This document shows positions 39,355-53,100 of a stretch of DNA of 64,000 bases, in pieces. Under the pieces are notes generated by a model, which ran no database searches, was not told the DNA's origin, and saw nothing but the letters and a program-made list of their open reading frames with translations. The position numbers and the translations under genes are program-made. The stretch lies in contig JBEUKZ010000046.1 in NCBI GenBank assembly GCA_048128005.1, positions 124,001 through 188,000 of the forward strand, in the 5' to 3' direction. The stretch is from Veleropilina oligotropha. Taxonomy: Eukaryota. Position 1 is the first letter of the stretch. Each line of letters opens with the position of its first letter.

Positions 39355-39764
39355 TGGCCGCTTTGGCAGCGCAGTGGGTAAGAGTGTCCACTCTAAATTC
39401 ACTGGCTTGATTCCGCTAATGCAAAACAGTGGTGGGTTCAATACCTGGCTGAGGCATTGACATTTGTTCAAGTTATGAAACCAGTTGTCCGCGACAGGCC
39501 GAAGAGGGTGGGTTTACCCGGGCGACCAGGGTTTCCTCCCGCGATAACACGGACATGTCCTGCCTTGAACCTCGATATTGTAAATATACAGGACATAGCA
39601 TCATTCCTCCTCCTCAAGTTATGAATCACAGTTGTCCGCGACTGGCCGAAGAGGGCGGGTTTACTCTGGCGACCGAGGTTTTCTCCCGCGATAACACGGA
39701 CATGTCCTGCCTTGAACCTCGATGTTGTAAATATATAGGACATTAAGCATCATTCCTCCCTCCC
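39355..39764 (+). mobile_element. SINE family A, one-and-a-half-mer
   Basis: A full copy plus a repeated 3' half inside one TSD pair, TCATGCTAGG. Confidence 0.9.
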
Positions 39765-41093
39765 TCATGCTAGGCTAAAAGCTACGAACTTGATGCGGGG
39801 GTGCAAGGCCCGCCGGCGAAGCTCTAGTAATCTTACACAACTCTATCTTAGTTTTCACACCTCGTGTTATCAATCTCCTTAAATATTGCAATAACAGAGT
39901 AAATATTTATTGAGTCTACAAACATTGAAAACACTGTCTTATTTGAACTTGTTGGGGCAAACTATCTGTTCTATGTTATAATTGTTTCTATCTAATATTT
40001 GCTCATAATGTGATGCCGCCAAACCCATAGAAAGTTATTAACGTACCTGTAATTAAATTAACATAAGGACAAAAGGTTCCAGCAAAAGAGTGTAGTCAAA
40101 GTGCCCCAAATGCGATGTGTTTACAAGTAGAATACATTTATCTGTAAAGTGAGTGGGAAAATAATCCAACCTAATAAAATATTTTAATATGTTGAGAAAG
40201 ATCAACTTATACTCAAGCTGATGCACAGATGGCGTCGCCATATATATTATTGTATTAACTTCCACTGTACAAAATAATATATATTTATATATACAAATTC
40301 CATAACTTACTTTCTCTGTAATTACCTACGGCACGGAGTAGGTATTTTAAATATTACACATACATGTACTACCACTATACTGACTACAACATCGGTAGGC
40401 TTATTTTAACTTTAATTAATATTTACAGCATAAATAAATCAGTACACTTTCTACTTACATATACACATCTCTCTGATCCACAAGTCACGATATTCGTTAC
40501 ATGGTTAAGTAAAAAGCATGCCAGCGTCTTTATGACTACGGAAGCACGGTTCATTTTGATCATCCATAAAAACCAAGTACGTAACAGCATGCACAAGAAC
40601 ATCGGTCATTTTCCCTTTTCTCCATAAATCTTTTGATCCATATCTCTGTCGCACTGTGAGAATTTGAAAGCTGACAATATATAACGGCATAGATGTGAGT
40701 CTTAAAGCTGTCGTATCGATGTGCATCAGAAAAAGGCGCTAACAAGGCAAGCCACTTGCATAGCAACATTTACAAAGAAGATAAATAAGAAAATGATTTA
40801 AAAAGGCGCAGCGCAGCCACTTATCACATACGTTTCAAACATCTTTGCAAATCAATCAACGTTGAATACGCCATGACGTGTAATTTAAGGTAGCATGTTC
40901 CTTTAGACTTTCACATGACCACGGCAGCATTAGGTGACTGTGGGTACACAGTTCTTCAAGAAATTGCAATATGTTATTGTCTGAAAACCGTGTCATCGAT
41001 TTGGAATACACTTTGAAAGACAATCAAACATCGGCGGCAATCTGAAGTCCACAGTCTCGAACAACTGACTAGATTGTGTGCTTCCAATGTCTA

Positions 41094-41160
41094 TCAAACA
41101 GAGATTTTCATTGTACCCTTTTGCGATGGGACAGTTGCCCCTCTGCTTAGTTGCTTCGTC
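41094..41160 (-). CDS. NDEL1: nudE terminal coding exon ([21 protein letters not shown])
   Basis: TTTTGTAG acceptor in the matching phase 2; TGA at 41096-41094; C-terminal ...ISV recalls NDEL1 ...LSV; non-repetitive UTR-like sequence follows. Confidence 0.75.
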
Positions 41161-44100
41161 CTACAAAATAAATGAAAAAGATATTAATATTCACCGATTG
41201 AATATTAATATTAATATTCACGATATTCATCGTAAACAGACATACTTCAATGTTTTCTTATTATGATATTGTATAATCATGATGGTGGCGCTATTTTTAT
41301 CTCATTTCCAGCAATCTTTTAGGGATATACTTTGCGCTATTCCAATAAAATATATACCACACCCCCTGACTCCAGGTTTTTCAAAAGGGGACCACCATTG
41401 AACAGTAGTTATATATTTAAAGTGATAAATAATTAGAATAATTTTCTCTATTTGTGACCACCCATGGAAGCGATATATACCTGGAGTCAGTGGGTGGGTG
41501 AGATATTATACTGGAATAGCCCTTACATTTTCTTAGTCAAATTACCAATAAATTACAATTTTGCACAGTGGCATAAATAGTCACAACCAATAAATTGTGC
41601 ATTCTTAACACTAAAATGTAAATAGTCTTGAGAACTTGATCATATAAATGTGCTATGGTGAATAAGTGTTAGTCATATGTTTATCAAAAAATGCAATTTT
41701 TCAGACCTCAATGAAAATGATAAATTAAAATATATAGTATATCTCCAGAAATGGAAGATATATCGAGTCGACCTTATACTGAAGCTAAATTACTAACAAT
41801 AGGTAAAATGTTTGAATGAAATTTACTGTTTCGGACTATAATGATCGATATTAAACATGGATTTAACATTGGCTTATTGAATCGCAGAGTGCAGACACAT
41901 TGGTACATGTACCCGGTAGCTGTGATCAATATTATAATTAACACCAAGAGCCTGAATTTGGGTAAACATCAGATGCATGATCGGTTTGCAAGACAAAACC
42001 ATTTAAATAAAACCCATGCACAGACAGAATTCCTTCATATGCCTTTCCATTACTGTTTGCTGTTTTCACGATTGTGAGTTGTATCAAGACAGAAAATACA
42101 TAAAACCGTGATAATAACTAAAGTAACAATTAAACTACGATACTAATCTGAACAATGTCAATTCTTAGAATATTTATAAATTTTAAAAGCGAAATAAAAT
42201 ATTCATAAATTTATGAATACATTTTTAAATATCTGTACAAATTATGCATTAAATATCATTATCTTGCTTATGACGTTAATCCGCCATTCTGATTGGATGA
42301 CGTTAGTTACGTAAATACCCTTATACAGGGCACGAATTCGAATTTAAAATCACTGGACCCGAGGGTCAGCAGCGCAGCAGATTCACTGGACCCCCCAATT
42401 TTTTACTGGACCTCATTAAACGAATAAAAAACATGCTGAAAGATTCAAGAATTACTTCCCTTGTTTATGCAAGTGCCAACGTATCACTATCCGATACCGT
42501 ATAATCGCGCTTATAAGGGCATGCCCTTATAAGTCAGAACATTTAAATTTTGAAACTAGTGAAATGCAATATTCTGTTTCTAAGAGCAACATCCCATTTA
42601 ACAAATATAGGCCTGCACCCACAGAGTTGTTGAGATTATTTTTCATCCTTGCGGAATGTCAAATACGTTAATTTGTTCGGAACAATTATGTAAACGTGAA
42701 CGCCTATCACCGAACTATGGAAAATAGCAACACTAAATCCCGACACAGATTCTATCGAAGTCATCGTTCGACGTCGACATGCAGGCACACACCACGTGGA
42801 TGCAAATTTCTTATTATCAATATTTATATTATTTAGTAATGTTAATATTATCATTATAATGATTTATTGCCATAATAAACAAATATAAAGCAAGACAAGA
42901 CTATCATTGCATAATATTGTTATAACAAGTGCTATAAAATTTTGCATGCCCGGATAAGTGAATTATTGCCTTGCCCTTATATTCGAATATACGCGTGATT
43001 ATACGGTAATCGTATCGTACGCAAACACCAAATCTACCCTTGTAATTTAAGAAATTTAATGATATTTTATTTAAAATATTTGTTCCTTTTATATTGTGAT
43101 ACTTTGTAACGCATCAATTAAAAATATCGCGTCAAAGCGACAAGAGCCAAAATAAAAACTGTTAAACTTGTAGAGATCGAAGACAATTATCTCCCCTGAA
43201 TATTGCGCAGACGATTTTGTTTATATATATAGTAACTTTGTAAGCAAGCGCCAAATACCATTTTTATTTAGCCGCAATTAATAGTCATGTTTCTAATGTG
43301 TGTAATACTATTATTTGCTGCTCGCGGATTTTCTGGTTCGGAGTTGACATATCATTTGGATCTTACATTAAAACGAGACTACACTTCCTTGTGTGTCGAA
43401 CACTTTAAAAACACGAACTGTGGAACTAGTTTGCTACACGTGACAAAGACTGGTTTTATGTAATGTTTGTAGCTTAATATGCATTCTGCAAACGCAAATG
43501 AAATAGAGAACCAGTCCCTAGCGACTTCTCGCGATATTTCCGTAACTTTTACGAGTGTTTACGTTCAATGGTTGTCGCACACGAAGGGGGGCGAAAGGTC
43601 GAGAAGAACATTTGACAGCAATAAAACATGGTAGGTCAATGATTAACAGAGTGGGTAAATATTTACCAGACCAGAGGGCCGGCACCAGTGATGATTTGTC
43701 GGACTGCCGCGAAATTTACCGGCAAAAGCCGGAGGTCCGGCGCCAATTTCGAGCGCTGCTTATACCACTCCTGTTTGACGTCGTATTCAAACAGGAGTAG
43801 TACAAATAACTTATTACCCGTCTCCATGGAGATCGAGGAGACTCGGCTCATTCCGTAAACTCGAATAACGTTGTCAGCTTCGTTAGATGTAAACATATAG
43901 GTAAATGGTTGCGCTCGTAAAATGTGACAAACAACAATGTTAGGTTAATGAATAGATAGGAAAATATAATTCAAATTAAAAGCAAGATAAATTTGTTGTA
44001 GAATCTTCGTCTTGGTAGTATACGGTACGTTGTACACCTATTGACGTTGAACCCCTCGTCTATTGGCTCTGGGTTTAACGTCAAATGGTGTACAATGTAC

Positions 44101-47100
44101 CGTATACTACCGCGACGTCGCTCGACAACTTATATTATTAATATATAGAGTAATATATATATCAATGCTGTCAGTAGAGCACTTCAAATTTAAACTCTCA
44201 TGACAACTGTTCAGAATTAGAAAATGTAACACAGTGCTGAAATCTACACAACAAATATATACAACACTTTTCTTTAACCTTCGCATTCGGTGTCCAGACC
44301 TACAAATAAATCACATCAATTTATGACCAAATGTGATTCAAACTGGCCTCACATCAAGCTTTGCTTGATAACCATAATACAACAGTGCATAATAGACAAA
44401 CATGGTTTACTGACAACAAGTGGTTTCTTTACTAAGTGGTGATTGCCCCCCTTACCCATATTGTTGACCACATCTTTTCCTCCAAACTAAACGATAAATG
44501 TTTAAAAAATCCCAAAATTCCAAATAGATCATCAACCCCACTTGACCATAGGGGCAGCAAAGATCGAAGTTACTTGCACGCGAGTACTGGTTTTCGGGAT
44601 GCGACGGGACAGACAAGGGTAAATCAAACATGTGATAAACCCAAAATACCATTCCAGGAGGTTGGGGTCAATATTCCAGAAGTATTTTTATCGGAGCATT
44701 TTATCGTCAATTTCGTCATATATTTGAAATTATTTGAATAAAAAGGCATTCATACAAATGAAATATTATTTTATTTATGCAATCAAAACAATACCAATAA
44801 ATATTATAATTAAATATATATATATTAAACACCATAAAATAATTATATAATACAACCTTAAATATTTACAATGCTTATTGTATATATCTTCAGTCAAGTA
44901 CAATATGCACTGCCTTAACTACTCGATCAGCATAGTAACATATGTTGTTGTCATAACAAAATTCAACCTAAAAAAGTCGATTATCATTAATCCTCTTATA
45001 TTTTTAAATCCAGATTACCTTTTCGGTTAGGCCTAATAGCTATGTACTTTGCCGATAAACGCGAACTTGTATTAAATCACTCGAGCTCAGAGCATGTCAG
45101 TTGCGCTAATCCCTATTATTTGGCAACTCTTCTGAAACTTGAAACCGCCATTCTCGCTAGTAATTAAACAATAGATGTTTTCATAGCATTTATTCAAAAT
45201 TAATTTGCTTTATTAGCTCTATTGACATCTAATTCTTTGTGAACAACAGGCCTACATCAAATAGATCACAACGTTCATTCGAAAATTATCTGCGTATTAA
45301 ATAGTAGAAATTTAAATACCCGGTGCAAGATTATTTTGTAACGCAATATAAAGAGATATGCAAGTCGGAAAACACTCGTATATTTCCGTAAGTAGTTCCC
45401 GAAATTACTGCGCGACAGCTATCAACACAAAAGCACGCTTCAATGTTTCAACAAAAGAACGCTGAGTGCTTGTGGTAAGCGGCATATCAAACGAATATTT
45501 TGACAATAATCTTCATGCTCTATCGCGTTCTATCTACACAATTTATGTAGAGGTATATTGTTACAGCATCTACTGTATTTGACGAGTTGATGACTTATTA
45601 AACGAGTTCCGTTTACCGACTCCAACACTATTGCGGATAAGAAATAACATTGCAAAAATAGCTTTGAGGGAGAAATCAAGATATTCCGGTAGGAATTCGT
45701 CACTTCGGGAGATTTCTGTCATTTCTGGAGTAGGCCATTTTGGGGGTGCCGATTTCGGGAGTATTATACTCCCGGCCGGAGGTATCACATGTATGGTAAA
45801 TCTAAATGCCCCCCCCCCCCCCCCAATAAATTGGTGAGGGCATACAAATTGTCTGCATCCAATTCCAGACATTATGCTCAAATCACCAAAACATGATATG
45901 TTTGCCAAACATAATTTCAGCTATTCGAACTTGATCTATCCCATGAAGTACCAGGTAGTAATTTCATCTGCACAATATACACTTTTGAGACGGTAGTTTG
46001 AAAATCAAAACCGATTCAATTTATTCAACAGCAAAACCGATATCTCACAAAACTCAATAACTTTGTCAACAAAATTTGAGACAACATGCGCATTCCAATA
46101 AATGAATGTTAGGCTGGTTAGTTTGGTAGAAGTAGTGTTAGTTATTCCAAGAGAACAAAGGAAGGATTCAAGTGTGTTTATTTCATTCAATCGCAGAACT
46201 TCCTGTAAATACCTTGCCCAGATGTCAAAGAGGCCTTTTCACACTTGAATTTCTGCAGATATTAAAGATTTTTGTCAAATGAATTATCTATGCCCTATTT
46301 GAAATATGCACACACGCATCATAAATAATATACGGTACTGTCATCATGTTAAATAATGTTGCATACTTGGCTATGCCTGTTGTTAAAATGAAAAGGAAGG
46401 AGTGGTCAATCTGACAATTGAATATATTCACAAAGCAAATTTATTGAAATTCTAAGCGAAGAAAAACAAATGGCCATTGAAAATACACTTATCTTTGTAG
46501 CAAGGATAGCAAAACACAGTGTGCCAGTCGGTCTAGATCTGACTGCTCAAGATCACTGTTTACTAGATGCCAAGAAGGGTAGCATAGTTGATGACGCTAC
46601 ATGTAGTACCAGACGCTCTGATCTGACTTCCTACGATAGCCATTACCAGGGTTTAAGCTGCCAAAAAATCCTGTTTACTGTTTTGGCTAATTTGTCTCAT
46701 AAATCATGAGCCAAACTTCAAAGGAATTTAGTCAAAAAATATAATAACAAACTTTATGCCTATTTGATGTTTCTCAACCATTTCTACATCTTATTCAATA
46801 AATTTGAGGTTTCACATACTACCATAATAAAAGGAAAAGTTTTCAAAATTCAAAGTGTAAACTCCACAATTTTCTCAATAATTAAGTGATTATTACATCA
46901 CATTAAGATAATACAAACAGAAGAAAAATGCATGCGCTTTTTGGCTAAATAGCAATGAAGAAAATTAGGCAAATTTGATTTTCTTTCAGATTTGGCTATT
47001 TGACGAAGACAGCTTAAACCCTGCATTACCATATGTCTGGGTAGCATGTAGGACCACACTGCACGTACATCATACAGCAGCCGTACGGAGGTATACATAC

Positions 47101-50100
47101 CTCGGCGAGTTTATGGGACTCCCGGCGTTCGTCCTGCCACTCAGGTGTTGCTCGCGGGAGGGGTAATTACAGGTGGCAAGCTTTGTTTCTAGAGACTGAA
47201 AAAATAAATAACAGAATACATAGATATACTTCAGAAGTGGCCGGAGACGATAAACACATTTTTTAAAAGTTTAATAAACAATAATTATTGCTAAAATGAG
47301 ATCTATGTGAACAAAATATATTCTTAAAAGAATGTCTTGGCAAATAAAATTAATGAATTAAAGGATGAGATATTTAAGGTGACCATGACAACAGATCATT
47401 ATATTTTGGAATACAGTTCTATTTCTGATATACATGTAGACGAAATATTGCATAATCCTGAATATATATGAGCCCAACGCAAACATTATTTTATTATCTT
47501 CATCACTTTCTGTTAATAAATATCGAATCATGGAATAATGTTTGCATAGCTGTTATATCATTAATAGCAAATGATGGAATTGATTTTTCAATGACAGAAA
47601 AAGTTTTTATAGCAATGCACAAAGAACATGAATCTCTACATATGTGGTTACTTTATTTCAAAACTAAGTATATAACATTAACAAAATTTCAGCTTCTTGA
47701 ACAGAAACGACAAATACCGGACTTATTAATAAATCTAGTTATATAATTTTCAGTATAACAAACCAATGTCATATAATCAATATATAACAGAACAGTAAGA
47801 TAATCGTGAATATTAATCATAACCACAAAACCCACATGCAGTTTTATGCACTAACTATAACTTGAGACAGCTTTTGCCTTTTCTATATGCGATGACATTA
47901 AATGTGTTATGACTTAATGGTTACAGGTCATGGGATGATGAAATTATGATACATTCTGGAAGCCTCAAGACGCCTACTTTATATACAAAGATCTTAGCTA
48001 TATATATATAGATCCAAGATCACATGCATCTGATGTTAAAAAAGATTCATCAATTCTGCATTGAAGTTCTTACACCATTTTAAATTCAAATGAATCATGG
48101 CGTGCATACATTATGACTCTTCGACTTGACAACTATCCACATGAATTCTTCAGATGAGGTAATAAAACTATGCCATTTATTTGAAAAAAATACTGTGAAC
48201 ATGACCATGCTTCAATGTTTTCATGATGAAAATGTGTTTTAAAAACTGTCAAGTAAATTATTTAATAAAAATAAATGTTTAGAAGCTGCCTATAAATTGA
48301 ATTGATAGTAAATCAACATTTTGGAAGATTTATCCAAGAAATGCACATTTTGTTATAACAAAAACACATCAATTTCAAACATTGACACACAATTCTTCAG
48401 ACCGAGGATTGACATAGGAGGATACAGGCACACAGCAACAATAGAATGATTGGCAGATCTAAAACACATGCCTTATGCTCTTATAATTAACAGTCATCGA
48501 TCAACATGAACAGTAGCTGATTATGTTAACATTTAAATTAAACTATATCTTTTTGTTATTAAAAGTCTCTGTTGATCCAGAAACATTTTAATTGAGAGAT
48601 TAGGGATAGAGTCTTGTCGGTCCTCAAACCCGGACATGTCTGGGAAAACCCTCCCAACTGTGATTGGTAACTGAACAGAGGATGCCATTGTCACAACTGA
48701 GATTCAAACGCCGCATTCCTGTTTGTCAGAGCAGCCAAGCCAATGATTTCTGAGGCTACACACGGCTACCGGAGCGGCCTTGTGAAGGAGTGAAAAGGAA
48801 AAAAGCATCATCAACAAGAGACTAAATATAGTAGATTGCTATTCTATTGGACTGCAAGCATCATTTGACTTGGTTTGAAATGAGCATCAGGAAATCAGGT
48901 ATGGATCGAACAAGTCTGCAGCTCTATTATATATTTGGGATAATTTTTTTCATAAAATGGTTTCTAAAATTCATAGCAAATATCAAATGTTTGATATAGG
49001 TCATAAATCCAACAATGATCTCACATGCACGAACACAACAAACACACCACCTGGCGGGAGATTCCATGAAGACAGCATAAACCAAACTGTGCATGAGATT
49101 CAGAAACACTCCACCAAAATTTCTTGAAGATAAATGTATAAATATATAATGGATCAATCTGAAACCCAGAACTTCATGAAGCAGATGTTCCAATGCTCGT
49201 TTCAACAGACTAGAGAACAGCAAGAGACAGGAGCCAAGATGCATTCTCAACCCACAATTAATACATAGAGAGGTATGATATGTGTTAGTATATTTATCAT
49301 TCCTAGAGATGAAGCTGAAGAGTTGCAGCCATGCTTCTTGCATTGAATCTCCGTCCCAAATTTCCCTACTCCAAGTTTATCAGGAATTGACACTTTACAT
49401 AGCCTTACAACATTGCGGAGAGTAATTTACAGCACCAGAACTAACCAGCAAATCGATACTGGTCATTCACCCCCATAAGCAACAAATATTTAAAGCAAAT
49501 TTTCCATTGCAACGCAAAAACATAATAAAACAGCCATTTTGCATATAAAAAACAACGGAAACTCATCATGACAGTTATAATCCATGTAATAGCTCTTGTA
49601 GCAACACTAGTCTACTACTGCCAATGACAAAACCATATACATGAATTATTCCATCACCTGTTACATAAAATCTAACTATTCTAGATTATTTGAAATACAT
49701 TAACAACAATATTTGATTATTTAGAGTAATGACTCTGAGAATGCCGCCACAAAGTCCATTCTTGTAAATTTTATAAAATACTAAATACGTAACACGTCCT
49801 TATAATCTAACGATAAAGTAAAGCCATTTATGATATTTAAATCCAACAAATAGACTTTAAATATTACCATGAAACGTCACTGCGTGATATTTATTTATGT
49901 TCATAAATTTAAGGTAATTGCAGCATAAATGTTGAAATATCTAGTTTAGTAGTTACTTTCACTCTTTGTAGATCTATACAAATCAAGTTTTTGGAGAAGG
50001 AAAATTTGGAACAGAGAAACGTTATTTGTCTACTTACAGGATTAAATTCTTCAGATAAAGCGAACTTCACAAGGTACTATATAATGGATAACAACTTTTT

Positions 50101-53100
50101 GGACACAGAATTTAAGAAAACCAAGAATTCTGGATTTATCTTCATCGTAAACGTGTATCTCAATAGAGCATGAAGTAAATAAATAAGTTTGCTATAGTAA
50201 AGATTTTTAGAGCAAAAGAAAATGAACTAGATCGATTTGAAAAACTAATGAATGATTTGATGGATGGAAAAATAGAAAGACTTCAAGGCATTATTAATAG
50301 TGGCATTGGGAAAATATGACAGAAATATACTGACATCAAAATGATATGTAATAAAATGAAACATAAATATGATTTACCCGTGTACATTTCAATTTGCGAT
50401 GTCAGTGTTTAATTTAATTTCGGAAATTTTTCATAGGCAAATAACGAATATGTCGACATATTCAGTTTAATTTAACATGGTACATTTTCCTTCAAACTGA
50501 GATCCCTGTAATGTGAGACACTTAAACAAACACAGGGTTCATACACTTGGGCTTTGACAAAATTCAAGGACTTTCCATGACATTATTTGTTGAAATTCCA
50601 GGTTATTCCAGGACATTTGTGAGCTTAAGACCGGCATTGATCGCATATAAATATATGATATTGTCTTAATATTTGTCGGTTTTGACACAAAAAAGTATGA
50701 TACACTCAATTGTCCAGGATATAATCAGTAAATTCCAGGCTTTTCAAGGACATTCCAGGACAACAATAAAAATTCAGGACTTTTCAGGTTTTCCAGGACG
50801 CGTATGAACCCTGTAAACATTTATATCTAATTTCAGCCTAGTAAGATTTGTTATGTCTACAATATAATGGTAAATTTGTATATTAGACATTAGGTTTTAT
50901 CAAAGGAACACCTCAGTTAATATCCCACCATAATCATGCTACTTACGCCCAGCTTTCTCAGCATATCCCCGACAATGTTCAGAGCAGAGATTCGTGCCGA
51001 AGGAGTCATAGGAGAAGCACCATCAACTAATAAGAAATTTAAAAACACCCATTGATATATTACACATATATATACATACTGTGTGCTTGATATCAGAACA
51101 ATAGGACTGGGAGAGCAAGGCGCTTCATTGTTCAGGGTAATTACCCAAATAATGAGATTCCCTCGAGTGAAGTCTAGCTCTGGGGCTTAACAATGGACTG
51201 AAAAGATGTGAATGGAAGAGTCCACTGTTTTGATAACGATGTGCATGACCTGTTATCATGGGCAATTCCATTTTTAAGGGGTTCCAGCTTGCTATTTACA
51301 ATTGATTTTCATGACATGTATGACAAATATTAACTTGCCACCCCACGGCGATATCGATTTTAAATGTCTCTCGCTTTGCTCGAGCCATTAACGCCGATAT
51401 CGCTCAGCGTGGCAGGTTATTATTTATTACATATACGTAGGGCTAAAATATATGGTGTGCAGGGATATTTATGCACGCAAAAATATGGAATACACACACT
51501 TTTTAAAATCCAGGCATACATTTACGCCCATTTCTAATTAATTTAGGTGTACACATCATAATATTTAATGAATTTTACATATTCAAGGAAGGCTTACAGT
51601 TAAAAAAGCGCTGCATGAAGGTATATAATCCACCAATTTTATTGTCTAAATTTACATCATCAACACATATAGCGAAGAACTATAGAGTTTGAATAACTAC
51701 CAGAAAATCTGCAGTGTCGGGAGAAAAATTTCTAGTGTGGTACAAGAAAAACACGTGGACTTTGAAAACAGGGTGTACTGCACACCTTGGGTAAAAATTA
51801 TCTAGAGCCCTGTATACAGTTTAAAGTCATTTGCATTAGAGTTAATTGTCCCCTTTAACCCTTTCATCATGACAGCCCGCTATAGCGGGCAGGAAATGAC
51901 GTCACCTTTCACCATGGCAGCCCGCTATAGCGGGCTATGACGTTAAACAATGTTATGGTCTTATTATGTCTTGACCTTTTTGTAAACAAGAGCCATCAGA
52001 AGATGACATATCCCCCCGGTGCACAGATGTCTCACACAGAAGATGCGGCAAGGAAATCATAGTCATCAGTAACTAAGCATGTCTTTTATATCGAGCGGTA
52101 TATGAGATATGCTCTGGAAAAGAGATCGATTAGAATTTACAACAAGGGCAATAACTCTGTTAATAATCGCCGCACAACGGCGAAACTGGCAAAAGGCACC
52201 AGTTCACAGACTACTTAATACACCCAGCAAGTTTCGTAAAGTTATGTCGAGCGGTGTATGAGATATGCTCCGGAAACGATATCAATTAGAATTTACAACA
52301 AGGGAAATAACTCTGTTAATAATCGCCGCTCAACGTCGAAACTGGCAAAAGGCACCAGTTCACCATGTCCATAATACACCCACCAAGTGTCGTAAAGATA
52401 TGAAAAGCAGTTTATGAGGTATGCTCCGGAAACGAAATGATTACAGACGGACGGACAGACGGACGGACAAACGGACGGACGGACATGCTGATGACTATAT
52501 CCCCCCGCATTTAATGCCGGGGGGATAAAAAGGACAAGACATTATCAAATGGTCCGTGTGTTTATACTTATATACTTATATACTTATATATATATCCGTC
52601 GATTTATTTGAAAACTACCCGCTCAATTTTCACCAAAATTGGTACACACATTCCCAAGAGTATTTGTAGGTCGTGTATATAACTTTCGCGACACAATTTT
52701 GCAAAAATATGCATTTATTGTCAGAGCACTTTTATCCATATTTGTATATAACTGATGTCTAATATTGCAAGCAAATGGCAATGACGTCATTATGACGTCG
52801 CCTTAGATTAATCGTCATTTGGTGATGTCATAATCGACGGGGTAGTAAATTAAGCCATGAACTACTTGCACTTAGCCATTGTATTAACTGTTATGAAAAT
52901 TTGAGGGAAATAAAGAAAGGTCAAGACATATTTCGAACGCGTCGTTCTTGTTTTTACTTTATTCTTGCCGGAATAGAGTCAAATTTCATCTGTATTTTCA
53001 ATGAAAGTAATAGTAATAATGATATATATTTCATTTTGAAAGTTACTGTTAGGTTATTCGATGTTTTATTTAAATTATATTAATAAAATGATTCTTTATG

